This document shows positions 1 to 9,292 of a stretch of 64,000 nt of DNA, piece by piece (position 1 is the stretch's first letter; each line of letters starts with the position of its first letter). The notes under the pieces are model-generated. The model ran no database searches. It saw only the letters and a list, made by a program, of their open reading frames with translations, and was not told the origin of the DNA. The position numbers and the translations under genes are program-made. Source of the DNA: Planctomycetota bacterium (GTDB lineage Bacteria > Planctomycetota > UBA8108 > SXIK01); contig CBDCXR010000004.1 of assembly GCA_965223845.1 (NCBI GenBank), forward strand, positions 192,001-256,000, written 5' to 3'.

Positions 1-2
1 GG

Positions 3-620
3 ATCGGCCACGGCTGCGCGCGCTGCGGTGCGCCGATCGCGCGCGCGGATCGATCATCTCGGTACGGCTCGTTCGCTCGTCTCCTCGGCTGCGCCGACTG
101 CCGGACGCGAGCCGGGTTCGCCCGTGCGGCATCGGGCGCCCTGTACTCGGGTACCGTCCGTCACGCCGTGCTTCGCTTCAAGTATCGCGGCGATCGAGGT
201 GTCCTTCCGTTCCTCGCTGAGGTCGCGAGCCGAGCCGCCGAGCGCCCATGGGTCCGGTCCGCGGTGAGCGAGGCGGCGGGCGTCGTTCCGGTCCCGCAGC
301 ACTGGACGCGCTCCATCGGACGGGGGTGGAATCCCGCGCAGGAGGTCGCGGAACGCCTCGCGGCGAATCTCGACCTTCCCGTGACCGAGCTCGTACGCAA
401 GGTGCGGCGAACGCAGCCCCAGTCGGCGCTCACCGGCTCGGCTCGGCGAACGAACCTTCTCCGCGCGTTCGCAGTCCCTTCGGGGCGGAAGGTTCCGCGG
501 TGCGTTCTCCTGTTCGACGACGTCTACACCACGGGGACGACGGTAGCTCAGTGCGCGCTCGCACTTCGGCGTGCGGGGGCTCAGTCGGTCGTAGTGATTA
601 CGATCGCGCGGAGTCTCTAG
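3..620 (+). CDS. comF: ComF family protein (double zinc ribbon + phosphoribosyltransferase-like); 5' truncated by window edge
   Basis: Frame is open from base 3: CARC...CADC zinc ribbon, VPVPQH..RGWNPA, QPQSAL..RRTNL, PRT motif VLLFDDVYTTGTT. Confidence 0.9.
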   Translation: MGHGCARCGAPIARADRSSRYGSFARLLGCADCRTRAGFARAASGALYSGTVRHAVLRFKYRGDRGVLPFLAEVASRAAERPWVRSAVSEAAGVVPVPQHWTRSIGRGWNPAQEVAERLAANLDLPVTELVRKVRRTQPQSALTGSARRTNLLRAFAVPSGRKVPRCVLLFDDVYTTGTTVAQCALALRRAGAQSVVVITIARSL

Positions 621-781
621 AGAGAGTGGCAGCGCTACGCTCCATTCTTGAAACAGAGAGGAGGTGCACCCGAAGAGCAAGCGGGAAGCGAGACGAGTCG
701 ACTGAGTCGAATCCAGATGCGTCGCCGCGGAGGTCGATCCGGCCACTGTTTTCTCGCTCCTCGAGCGGTCGAAGGGGGCGA

Positions 782-1354
782 TCAGGCCCGCGGGTGATCG
801 TCCAGCTCGTCGAGGAGATCTCTTCGCGCGGCGAGAAAGTACTCATGGTAGGTGGTCGCGCGAAAGTCGGGGTACGTCCACGGGACGGGGTCGAACGCCC
901 CGTGCCGATAGATGAGGGTGATCTCTTCCCAGATCCCGTCGCCGCGGTAGATGCGGTGCGCGTAGTCCTTCGTACTCGCGAGAATCACGCGACAGTCGTT
1001 GAGTAGACCGGGATCGATGTTGATCGGTCGCTCGACGTCGAAGGAGCCGCGCGCGGCGATCTCTGCTTCGAGTCGCACGGTTTCGGCTTTCACCGCGGCG
1101 AGGCAGGTTTGTGGTTTCAGCTCGTCGAGGAGAAAGAACTGACGGCGGAGATTCGTTCCCATCGTTCGGTCGTACGTTCGCGTCGACGGAAACGTGTAGA
1201 CGGGGCTCGTGCCGCGTTCGTGGAGGGGGCCGAACCGCTCTACGATCAGTGTGCGTGCGGTGTCGAGAAGTTCGCTCGCTCCGCTGAAGACGCCGAAGAA
1301 GAGGCGCGCAGGGCGAGCCTCCCTCAGCGCGTTCGCGTTCTCCGGCATCCTCAC
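782..1354 (-). CDS. DUF4416 family protein
   Basis: Motifs RPINIDPGLL, VILASTKDYAHRIYRGDGI, PWTYPDFR are typical of DUF4416. Confidence 0.8.
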   Translation of the reverse strand: MRMPENANALREARPARLFFGVFSGASELLDTARTLIVERFGPLHERGTSPVYTFPSTRTYDRTMGTNLRRQFFLLDELKPQTCLAAVKAETVRLEAEIAARGSFDVERPINIDPGLLNDCRVILASTKDYAHRIYRGDGIWEEITLIYRHGAFDPVPWTYPDFRATTYHEYFLAARRDLLDELDDHPRA

Positions 1355-1369
1355 GGTGCCTCGCTCGAC

Positions 1370-1729
1370 TCAGCGCCCTCGACGGTCGCTCGCCGGTGGC
1401 CGGCAGGTTTCGATCTCGAAGCCGAGACCGTGCTCGGACTCGACCGCGTAACCGGTTCCGATCGTCCGGCCGCCGATCTCGAGCTCGAGCGGGCGATCGT
1501 GTCGCTGGGGAAACACGACCATCGCGCCGGGACCGAGATCGAGAATATTCGCGAGCGACATTCGGCGCTCGGCGAGCCTCACGGTGACGTCGACTTCGAC
1601 GGAGGTGAGTCGGTCGGGCTCGAGTCCCTCTCGTCCCGGACGGTCCGGGCCTCGAGAAAGACGAGCGGGACCCGGCTGGGCGCCCCCTTGATCGTCGGCC
1701 GTCCGTTGCTCGCTCGGCTCGTGCGTCAT
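1370..1729 (-). CDS. FliN/FliM C-terminal (SpoA) domain protein
   Basis: VEVDVTVRLAERRMSLANILDLGPGAMVVF...PLELEIGGRTIGTGYAV...GLGFEI matches the SpoA pattern; start set at ATG 1729 (ORF track extends to 1840). Confidence 0.75.
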   Translation of the reverse strand: MTHEPSEQRTADDQGGAQPGPARLSRGPDRPGREGLEPDRLTSVEVDVTVRLAERRMSLANILDLGPGAMVVFPQRHDRPLELEIGGRTIGTGYAVESEHGLGFEIETCRPPASDRRGR

Positions 1730-1942
1730 CCGGCTTCTCCGCGGTTCTCTGTTCACACTTCTCTTCGATCGCGCCCGCTCGGGCCCGATCCCGCGCGGCG
1801 ACTCGACCGCCGGGTGCTCCGTGGGAAGAACGTACCGCACTCGGCCCTGCGAATTCTACCTCTTCAGGCGTACCGAGGAATTCCGAGTCGCCCCGCTCCC
1901 GCGCTCCGTTCGAATCCGCGCACTGGAAACGCCCGGCCGCGG

Positions 1943-1970
1943 TTGACGCGATCCGCGCGCGACTTACAAT
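1943..1970 (+). promoter_or_regulatory. sigma70-like promoter of gatCAB
   Basis: TTGACG-16 nt-TACAAT, about 37 nt upstream of gatC. Confidence 0.6.
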
Positions 1971-2007
1971 CCTCGTTTCTTTTGGTGTCCCTCTCCGAAG
2001 TGCCCTC

Positions 2008-2322
2008 ATGAAGCCGCAAATCACCGACGAACTCATCGCCGAGATCGCGCGCCTCGCGCGGCTCGCTCCCTCCGCCGAGGAGTTGGCTGCGCTGCGCACT
2101 CATTTCGAGAAGGTGCTCGCGTTCGTCGAGTCGCTCGAGTCGCTCGAAACGAGCGGAGTCGATCCGAGCCATTTCGCGCGGGAGGCCTTCAATCGACAGC
2201 GAGACGACGACGTCCGCGAGTCGCTTCCGATCGGCGACGTTCTTCGCAATGCGCCCGCGGCGCGATCGCCCTTCTTCGCGGTGCCGCGAATCCTCGGCGA
2301 ACCGGGCGCGGGAGGGGCGTGA
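2008..2322 (+). CDS. gatC: Asp/Glu-tRNA amidotransferase subunit C
   Basis: IARLARL...DDDVRESL...LRNAP...FFAVPRIL; directly upstream of gatA. Confidence 0.93.
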   Translation: MKPQITDELIAEIARLARLAPSAEELAALRTHFEKVLAFVESLESLETSGVDPSHFAREAFNRQRDDDVRESLPIGDVLRNAPAARSPFFAVPRILGEPGAGGA

Positions 2323-2324
2323 AC

Positions 2325-3788
2325 ATGGCGAAAAGTGTTTCGGAGATCGCGTCGTCGGTGCGCGCCGGCGACGCGAAGGCGATCGATACGGTTGCCACCG
2401 CTCTCTCGCAGCTCAAGGCCGTCCAGCCCGAGCTTCTGGCGCTCGGGGACGTTTCCGAGTCGAGCGCGCTCGCTGCGGCGGAACGAGTCGACGAACGCGT
2501 CGCCCGCGGCGAAGATCTCCCGCTAGCGGGTGTCGCGTTCACCGCCAAGGGAAACATCTGTACGACGGCCGGAACGACGACGGCGGGCAGCCGAATCCTC
2601 GCCGGCCATGAGTCACCCTACGCCGCGACCGCCGTCGCGCGGCTCGAGAGCGCCGGCGCGGTCTGTGTCGGCAAGACCAACCTCGATGAGTTCGGCATGG
2701 GCTCGTCTACGGAGAACTCGGCTTACGAGGTCGTCCGCAATCCCTGGCGTACCGAGTGCGTGCCGGGGGGGTCGAGTGGGGGAGCCGCCGCACTGGCGGC
2801 CGCGACGCGTGGAATGATCCATCTCGGCTCGGACACCGGCGGCTCGATTCGCCAACCGGCATCGTACTGCGGAGTGACGGGATTTAAGCCGACCTACGGT
2901 CGCGTTTCGCGCTACGGCCTGCTCGCGTTCGGGAGTTCGCTCGACCAGATCGGCTGCTTGCAAGCGACGGCGAGCGAGTGCGCGCGCGTGCTGTCGGTGA
3001 TCGGCGGACACGATCCGATGGATTCGACGACGTCCGCTCGAGCGCTTGCGACCGAGCCGCTCTCGAGCCTCAAGGAGAGTGTCGACGGACTCCGGGTCGG
3101 CGTCGCGCCCGATTTGTTTCCGCCGGGGATCGACGCCGGCGTCGAAGAGCACGTTCGGGCGGGCGTGGAGCACCTTCGAGGTCTCGGCGCGGAGGTCGTC
3201 GAAGTGGAGATCCCGCACGCCGAGTACGCCAATCCGGTGTACGTCCTCATCTCGGCCGCGGAGGCGAGCTCGAATCTCGCTCGTTACGATGGCGTTCACT
3301 ACGGTCACCGTGCGTCCGATGCGGACGATCTTCTCGACCTCTACGCCCGCAGTCGCTCGGAGGGCTTTGGTGCGGAGGTTCAGCGCCGGATCATGATCGG
3401 AACCTTCGTCCTCAGCGCCGGCTACTACGACGCGTTCTACAACAAGGCCTGCCGAGTGCGGACGCTCCTCCGACGGGATTTCGAGGCCGCGTTCGAGCGC
3501 GTCGACGTCATCGCCTGTCCCACGTCTCCCGTGCCGGCGTTTGCACTCGGCGAGCGGCTTTCCGATCCGCTCGCGCTCTACGCCGTCGACGTCCTCACCG
3601 TGCCCGCCAATCTCGCCGGCATTCCCGGGGTCTCGATCCCGTGCGGCTTCACGCCGGAGGGCCTCCCGATCGGCCTTCAGCTCCTTGGGCGGCAGTTCGA
3701 GGACGATGTCGTTCTCTCGGTAGCGCACACCTACCAGCAATCGACCGATTGGCACGAGCGACCGCCACCCGTGAACGCCTGGAGCTAA
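2325..3788 (+). CDS. gatA: Asp/Glu-tRNA amidotransferase subunit A
   Basis: Amidase signature GKTNLDEFGMGSSTENS, PGGSSGG, GSDTGGSIRQPAS; SD GGAGG at 2311. Confidence 0.97.
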   Translation: MAKSVSEIASSVRAGDAKAIDTVATALSQLKAVQPELLALGDVSESSALAAAERVDERVARGEDLPLAGVAFTAKGNICTTAGTTTAGSRILAGHESPYAATAVARLESAGAVCVGKTNLDEFGMGSSTENSAYEVVRNPWRTECVPGGSSGGAAALAAATRGMIHLGSDTGGSIRQPASYCGVTGFKPTYGRVSRYGLLAFGSSLDQIGCLQATASECARVLSVIGGHDPMDSTTSARALATEPLSSLKESVDGLRVGVAPDLFPPGIDAGVEEHVRAGVEHLRGLGAEVVEVEIPHAEYANPVYVLISAAEASSNLARYDGVHYGHRASDADDLLDLYARSRSEGFGAEVQRRIMIGTFVLSAGYYDAFYNKACRVRTLLRRDFEAAFERVDVIACPTSPVPAFALGERLSDPLALYAVDVLTVPANLAGIPGVSIPCGFTPEGLPIGLQLLGRQFEDDVVLSVAHTYQQSTDWHERPPPVNAWS

Positions 3789-3803
3789 GGGAGAAGTAAC
3801 GCG

Positions 3804-5291
3804 ATGGCAACGCGAGTGCTCGATCCGACCGAGGGAACGCCGTACGAGTCGGTGATCGGGCTCGAGGTCCACGTCCAGCTCGCCACCGAGACGAAGATGT
3901 TCTGCGGCTGCCGGAACCGCTTCGGCGCTGAGCCCAACAGCCAGACCTGTCCCGTATGCCTCGCGCTCCCCGGCGCGCTCCCCGTCATGAATCGGCGCGC
4001 GATCGAGTGGAGTGTGGCCGCCGGGCTCGCGTGTGGCTGCGACATCGCGACACGCACGAAGTTCGACCGGAAGAATTACTTCTATCCCGATCTCCCGAAG
4101 GGCTACCAGATCTCGCAGTTCGATCAGCCGCTTTGCTCGGGCGGCGGATTCGAGATTTCAACGGAGCCGGAAGGCGACGGCGACGGGAAGACGAAGTGGA
4201 TTCGGCTCACTCGAATTCACCTCGAAGAAGACGCCGGAAAGAACACGCACGTCGAAGGTCAGCCCGAGAGCCTCGTCGATCTCAATCGCTGTGGAGTTCC
4301 ACTCCTCGAGTTCGTCACCGAGCCCGACCTCCGGACGGCTGAGGAGGCGAGCGCCCTCCTGCGGCAGCTCCGCCTCACGATGCTCTACGCCGGAGTTTCG
4401 GACTGCAACATGGAAGAGGGATCGCTTCGCTGCGACGTCAACGTGTCGATTCGGCCGCGCGGGAGCGCGGATCTCGAAACGCGATGCGAGATCAAGAACT
4501 TGAACTCGTTCACCAACGTCGAGCAGGCGATCGTGCACGAGATTCGCCGGCAGATCAAAGTGAAGAGCGCCGGCGGCGAGATCGTCCAGGAGACGCGTCT
4601 CTTCGATCCGAATCGCGGCGAAACGCGCGGAATGCGTGGAAAAGAGGAGGCACACGACTACCGCTACTTTCCCGAGCCCGATCTGCCTCCGCTCGAGCTC
4701 GATCCGGCGTGGATCGAGGACATCCGGAGCGGCCTGCCGGAGCTTCCGCGCGCGCGTCTCGAGCGGCTCACTTCCGAGCTCGGCCTCGCGCTCTACCACG
4801 CCGAGATCATCGTTCGCGATCCCGGACTCGCGCGGTACCTCGACGCCTGTGTCGTTCTTTTTCCCGACGCGAAGGAAATCGGCAACTGGCTCGTGACGAC
4901 GGTCCAGGAGGAGATGAACGCTCGCGGAGTCGATATCGACGGTCTCGGGATCGATCCGGAGCGATTCGTCGAACTCGTCGCGGCGGTCGCGGACGAACGG
5001 GTGAGTCGACAGAAGTCGAAGGACGTGTTCCGCGCGATGCTCGGGAACGAGAAGACCGTAGACGGCCTCATCGCTGAGCTCGGCCTCGCGCAGGTGAGCG
5101 ACGACGGATTCCTCCGGGACGCGATCACCGAAGTCTTCTCCGAGCAGCCGAAAGCGCTCGCCGATGTTCGCGCGGGAAAGAAAAACTCGGTCAACTTCAT
5201 CGTCGGCCAGGTGATGCGGAAGACGAAGGGGAAGGCGAATCCCGGCAAGGTCGCGCAACTCATCGAAGAGCTAGCGGGCGAGAGTTCCTGA
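3804..5291 (+). CDS. gatB: Asp/Glu-tRNA amidotransferase subunit B
   Basis: IGLEVHVQL, FDRKNYFYPDLPKGYQISQ, IHLEEDAGK, YRYFPEPDL. Confidence 0.97.
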   Translation: MATRVLDPTEGTPYESVIGLEVHVQLATETKMFCGCRNRFGAEPNSQTCPVCLALPGALPVMNRRAIEWSVAAGLACGCDIATRTKFDRKNYFYPDLPKGYQISQFDQPLCSGGGFEISTEPEGDGDGKTKWIRLTRIHLEEDAGKNTHVEGQPESLVDLNRCGVPLLEFVTEPDLRTAEEASALLRQLRLTMLYAGVSDCNMEEGSLRCDVNVSIRPRGSADLETRCEIKNLNSFTNVEQAIVHEIRRQIKVKSAGGEIVQETRLFDPNRGETRGMRGKEEAHDYRYFPEPDLPPLELDPAWIEDIRSGLPELPRARLERLTSELGLALYHAEIIVRDPGLARYLDACVVLFPDAKEIGNWLVTTVQEEMNARGVDIDGLGIDPERFVELVAAVADERVSRQKSKDVFRAMLGNEKTVDGLIAELGLAQVSDDGFLRDAITEVFSEQPKALADVRAGKKNSVNFIVGQVMRKTKGKANPGKVAQLIEELAGESS

Positions 5292-5424
5292 GTTGGAGCC
5301 GCACGCGACCCTGTCTCCGAATGGCGGGTTCGTGCCGGTTGCTTCGACGCGAGGACGCACGCGATCTAGCCCGGTCTTGCGGGCACGACTTTCCGCCGGT
5401 CTCAGACCGTGACGAGGACCGTCC

Positions 5425-8400
5425 CTAGTCCTCGAAGGTCCGCAGGATCGTGAACCGTTCGCGAGTGACGATCGCCGTCCACTCTTTGGTTCCCGTGACG
5501 TACGTGACTTCGCCCTTGATTCGGACTGTCCACGAGACGTCGCGCGATTTCGGGTCGAGGAAGACGAGGACGTGGTCTTGCGGCGGGCTCGCCTTTGCGA
5601 CGCCGGAGCGACCGGGGTGGCGACGGGCGGTCGGTTCTCGTCGAACGACGGCGATCCAATCCGGTACGGCGTCGAGTCGCGTGACCGTTCCGCGCGGCGG
5701 GAAGAGCGGCGCGAGCCGAGGCATGAGCGACTCGAACGCGGGCTTCGCGCCGACGGACCCGGCGAGTGACAGGGCGCGCAGACCGTGCTCACCCGACCAC
5801 GCGACCAAGGTCCCCGAGGGCTGGTGAACGCACAGCAAAGACGGGGCGGGAATCGTCCCGACTCGGCGGTATGAGTTCGCGTCGTCTCCGCCCGGCCGGA
5901 GAACGTGAAGCGATGAGCCGTCGCCGGCGAGGATCGTTTCTCCCGATTCGATGAGGATCTCGACGGGGCGATCGCCGGTCGGCGCCGCCCATTCGACGAA
6001 GGAGCGTCGTCCGATGTTGAACGCACGCACGTAGCCGTCGCTGCTGCCGACGAGGAGGCCGTGGTTTTCGGGACGCGCGCGGAGGATGGTAGGGACCATC
6101 GCGCTCGAGTGCTGGAAGTGGGGCCGGATTCCTCCGCGCGTCAGCTCTTCGAGTCGGCCGTCGGAGCCGAAGAGAACGAGGGGCGGCTTGCGGAGCGCGA
6201 GGACGTTGGAGGAGATCAGACGCGTGGGCTTGTGGACTTGGTCCGGAGTCGCGCGCAGGGCGCCCGTCGTCCGGGCCCACACGCGAAGGAACCCGTCGCT
6301 CCAGCGCGTGATGACAGACGCCGCCGTGATGACCGGCGCGTCGATGATGACGACTCCGCCGCGCTCGACCGGTTGGCTCGCTGACCGGTTTCCCGACTCC
6401 AGGTGAAAGCGATGGAGGCGCCCACTGTCGCCGCCCCAGTACACCCACGAATCGTAGATCGTCGGCGGTGAGCTCGCCGGGTCGTCGCTGAGATCGACCG
6501 TGCGATCGTCGCCCGAAGTCTCGATCTTGCGCTCGAGGTGCACGCGCCGCAAAGGCGAGCGAGCACGGAGCTGCTCGGTGGCGACGACGAGGATGTTCTC
6601 CGCGGGGTGAAAACCGGCTCGCTCCAGACGGATCTCCTTCGCGCTGTCGATCGGGATCGCGAGGGCGAGCGGCGTGCGGCCGATTGCCGGGGAGTTGTCG
6701 CCTCGTTCTCGGTCGAAGACGAACGCTCCGCTCGGAACGGAGTCGACCAGGACGGGGAGCGTGATCGCGCGCGCTTCCGGCGAGCGGGGGTAGCGTTCGG
6801 CGAGGACCGCGTACGCGCGGAACGACTCGGCGTGCTGGCCGGACTCTTCGAGTGCCGCCGCCTTCGCCGCGAGCGCCTTTGCCGAGAGGGTGCTCGGGTG
6901 CTCGAGGCGAGCGACGATGCTCTCGGCCTCGACTCGCACCGGATCGTCCTCCGGAAGCTCGCGGAGGCGCGCGACCGTCGCCTCGACGGCGGTGAGATCG
7001 CCGTGCTCGGCGGACGCTTTACGAATTCGATGGAGATCTCGCTTCTTTCGATCCTCTCGAGCTTCGATGAGCGCCTCGGCCGACCCCGAGGCCCAGCGCC
7101 GAAATCGCTGGGCTTGGAGCGCGCAGAGGCTTGCCGGATGACTCCCGACGAACTCGTCGTATGCGCGAACGAGACCCTGAAACCAGGCCTCGCGCGACTC
7201 GGGTATGACGACGAGCGAACTTCCTTCCTCGGGCCGAAGCTCGGCGAGGAGCGCCGCTTCGTCGACTGCCGGCGGTTCGAATGCGAACGCCGCGAGGCCG
7301 TGATGTCGCTGAATGTTGTGCCAGAGCACGAAGGACCAGGCCTGGTACGCGACGACGACCGCGAGGAGCGTGGTGATCGCGAGACGCCGGCGGCGACGCG
7401 GTCGGCGCTCGCCGTGTTGCGCGAGCTTTCGCCGCAGGCTTCGGGTCTCGCTCCGCGAACCGTTCAATCGCTTGATCTTGCTGAGGAGCTCCTCGCCTTT
7501 CTCGCGTTGCCCGTTGGCGAGATAAATCTGTGCCAGCTCGCCCATCTGCTTCGCCGCTTCCTGTTCGCGGCCGAAGTCGAGCAGGAGGTTCGCGAGCGTG
7601 GTTCGGTGCGCGACGGCATCGGGCTGCGCCGCGATCGTGTGCTCGAGAAAGCAGACGGCGGCATCGGCAGTACCGGTTCGGCGTGCGTTCGCGGCGAGCT
7701 CGTCGCAGAGGCGGCTGAGGTGAGATAGGTTTCGCGTCCGCGTGAGTAACTGGATCAGTTGATCGGCGAGGGCGGGATCGTCCGGGCGCAGCTTCAGGGC
7801 ACCCTCGAACAGGTTGACTGCCTGTTCGACGTTTCCGGCTTTGAGCTCATCGTTCGCAGCTCCGACGTAGATCTTCGTGATCTTGTCGGTGAGAAGCACC
7901 TCTCCCGGCTTGAGCGTAAGCGCGCGCTGATACGCGCGGACGGCCTTGCTGGGCTTTCGGGTCTGGAAGAGCGTGTCGCCGATGAAGTTGTACTGGAGAA
8001 CTGCATCCTCGATCATGCCCACTCGTTCGTAGATCACCGCGAGTCGTTCGCGGGCGGCGAGCTCGTCGACGCCGTACTTGATCGCGTTCTTGAAGTGGGG
8101 GAGGACGCGCTCGGCGTCTGCGCGAGTAATATTCGTCGTCGAGACGCCGCGGAGCTCGGGGTGGAGCGTCTTCTTGAGAAAGCCCTGTTCGAGACATTCG
8201 AAGACGCAGCGCAGAACGACGATCTCGTAGAGAAACGACGCCGACGCCACCGTGCTGAAGTCGCGGAAGCCGTCGATCATCGTCAGAACGTGGTGGAGGA
8301 CGTAGTCGTCGCTGTGCACCTGCTTGTAGGCCATGCCCTTTTCGGTGACGACGAACACTTCCTCTTCGGACGGGATGAGGCTGCGGTACTGCGCGATGAG

Positions 8401-8871
8401 CCGAGTGCGCTGCTCGAGGTCCGCGAGTGCCGTTTCGATCGGGACCGAGATCCGCGAGTTGATCGTTTCGAACTGGAGGAGAAACTCCGGAACGCGGCCC
8501 TCCTGGAAATGGAAGGAGTCCGAGCTCTGCGTGAAGAGATCTGCGATCTCGTCGCGGATCTGCGCGCCGGCGAGTAGGTCGAGCTCGTCGTCGTCGACGA
8601 TTCCTTGCTCGTGGAGCACCGCGGGCAACAGGTGGTGCTGAAGGTCCGTGCTCGAGATCAGCGCCTCGAGCGACGGGACGTCGATCTTGCTCCACAGCGA
8701 GTCCAGGCCGACGAGAGCCGGGAAGGCGATCTTCCCCGAGAATTCGTTCCCGACGAGATAGAGCGCGTTTCGGTCGAAGAAGATCTCCCGGAAGCGCTTG
8801 CTGCGTCCTAGGGTGAGCGTGCCGACGCTCTGCTTTTCGAGCTGACGGGCGAGGAGTTTGTGCAGTTCCAT
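5425..8871 (-). CDS. Large membrane protein: DUF4388-like N-terminus, TPR array, TM helix, PEGA-like domain, PQQ-like beta-propeller
   Basis: GTLTL..EIFFDRNAL..FHFQEG (DUF4388-like); TPR helices (AVRAYQRALTLKP, AVNLFEGALKLRP); RRRRR then a hydrophobic helix; VDSVPSGAFV..IGRTPL..RLERAGF (PEGA); VYWGGDSGRLH and LLVGSSDGYVRAF blades; start set at MELHKLL. Confidence 0.65.
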   Translation of the reverse strand: MELHKLLARQLEKQSVGTLTLGRSKRFREIFFDRNALYLVGNEFSGKIAFPALVGLDSLWSKIDVPSLEALISSTDLQHHLLPAVLHEQGIVDDDELDLLAGAQIRDEIADLFTQSSDSFHFQEGRVPEFLLQFETINSRISVPIETALADLEQRTRLIAQYRSLIPSEEEVFVVTEKGMAYKQVHSDDYVLHHVLTMIDGFRDFSTVASASFLYEIVVLRCVFECLEQGFLKKTLHPELRGVSTTNITRADAERVLPHFKNAIKYGVDELAARERLAVIYERVGMIEDAVLQYNFIGDTLFQTRKPSKAVRAYQRALTLKPGEVLLTDKITKIYVGAANDELKAGNVEQAVNLFEGALKLRPDDPALADQLIQLLTRTRNLSHLSRLCDELAANARRTGTADAAVCFLEHTIAAQPDAVAHRTTLANLLLDFGREQEAAKQMGELAQIYLANGQREKGEELLSKIKRLNGSRSETRSLRRKLAQHGERRPRRRRRLAITTLLAVVVAYQAWSFVLWHNIQRHHGLAAFAFEPPAVDEAALLAELRPEEGSSLVVIPESREAWFQGLVRAYDEFVGSHPASLCALQAQRFRRWASGSAEALIEAREDRKKRDLHRIRKASAEHGDLTAVEATVARLRELPEDDPVRVEAESIVARLEHPSTLSAKALAAKAAALEESGQHAESFRAYAVLAERYPRSPEARAITLPVLVDSVPSGAFVFDRERGDNSPAIGRTPLALAIPIDSAKEIRLERAGFHPAENILVVATEQLRARSPLRRVHLERKIETSGDDRTVDLSDDPASSPPTIYDSWVYWGGDSGRLHRFHLESGNRSASQPVERGGVVIIDAPVITAASVITRWSDGFLRVWARTTGALRATPDQVHKPTRLISSNVLALRKPPLVLFGSDGRLEELTRGGIRPHFQHSSAMVPTILRARPENHGLLVGSSDGYVRAFNIGRRSFVEWAAPTGDRPVEILIESGETILAGDGSSLHVLRPGGDDANSYRRVGTIPAPSLLCVHQPSGTLVAWSGEHGLRALSLAGSVGAKPAFESLMPRLAPLFPPRGTVTRLDAVPDWIAVVRREPTARRHPGRSGVAKASPPQDHVLVFLDPKSRDVSWTVRIKGEVTYVTGTKEWTAIVTRERFTILRTFED

Positions 8872-9292
8872 ACGTTCGGCGCTCGACCTCTGAGCGGAGT
8901 TCGCAGACGCGTCGGGCAGGACCGAAAATGCGTCATCGGACGCCGGCCGGCACCGCCAACGAAGAATAGGACATTCTCGAGATCCTGCCAAAGCAGGCAG
9001 GGACCGCGGAACTTGCGCCCCGCGCTTCGCTTGGTGCGCAGCAGAATCGGTGGTTTACCGGACTGCTCGCTCGTCGATCGGTGCCTCCACCGCCGCGCGA
9101 AGCGAGCGCGCGGGAGTGACCCGCGGTAGAATCCAGCCCGGTGTTCCGGTTAAGCTAAAGATGGTGAGGGCGCGACGTTCAGGCCGTCCGCTGATGCGAA
9201 GCGACGCGGCTGTGGCCGTCTCTGAACCTCACTCGCTCCGACCTTGGACGCGACCTGCCACTCTTCCCTCTTCTTCTCTCGCGCACCGCATC

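Noticed and set aside
628-690. Lysine- or glycine-riboswitch-like words (GCAGCGCTAC, GAGGTGC, CCGAAGAGCAA)
   Set aside because: The motifs are in the wrong order or incomplete, and there is no downstream co-oriented gene.
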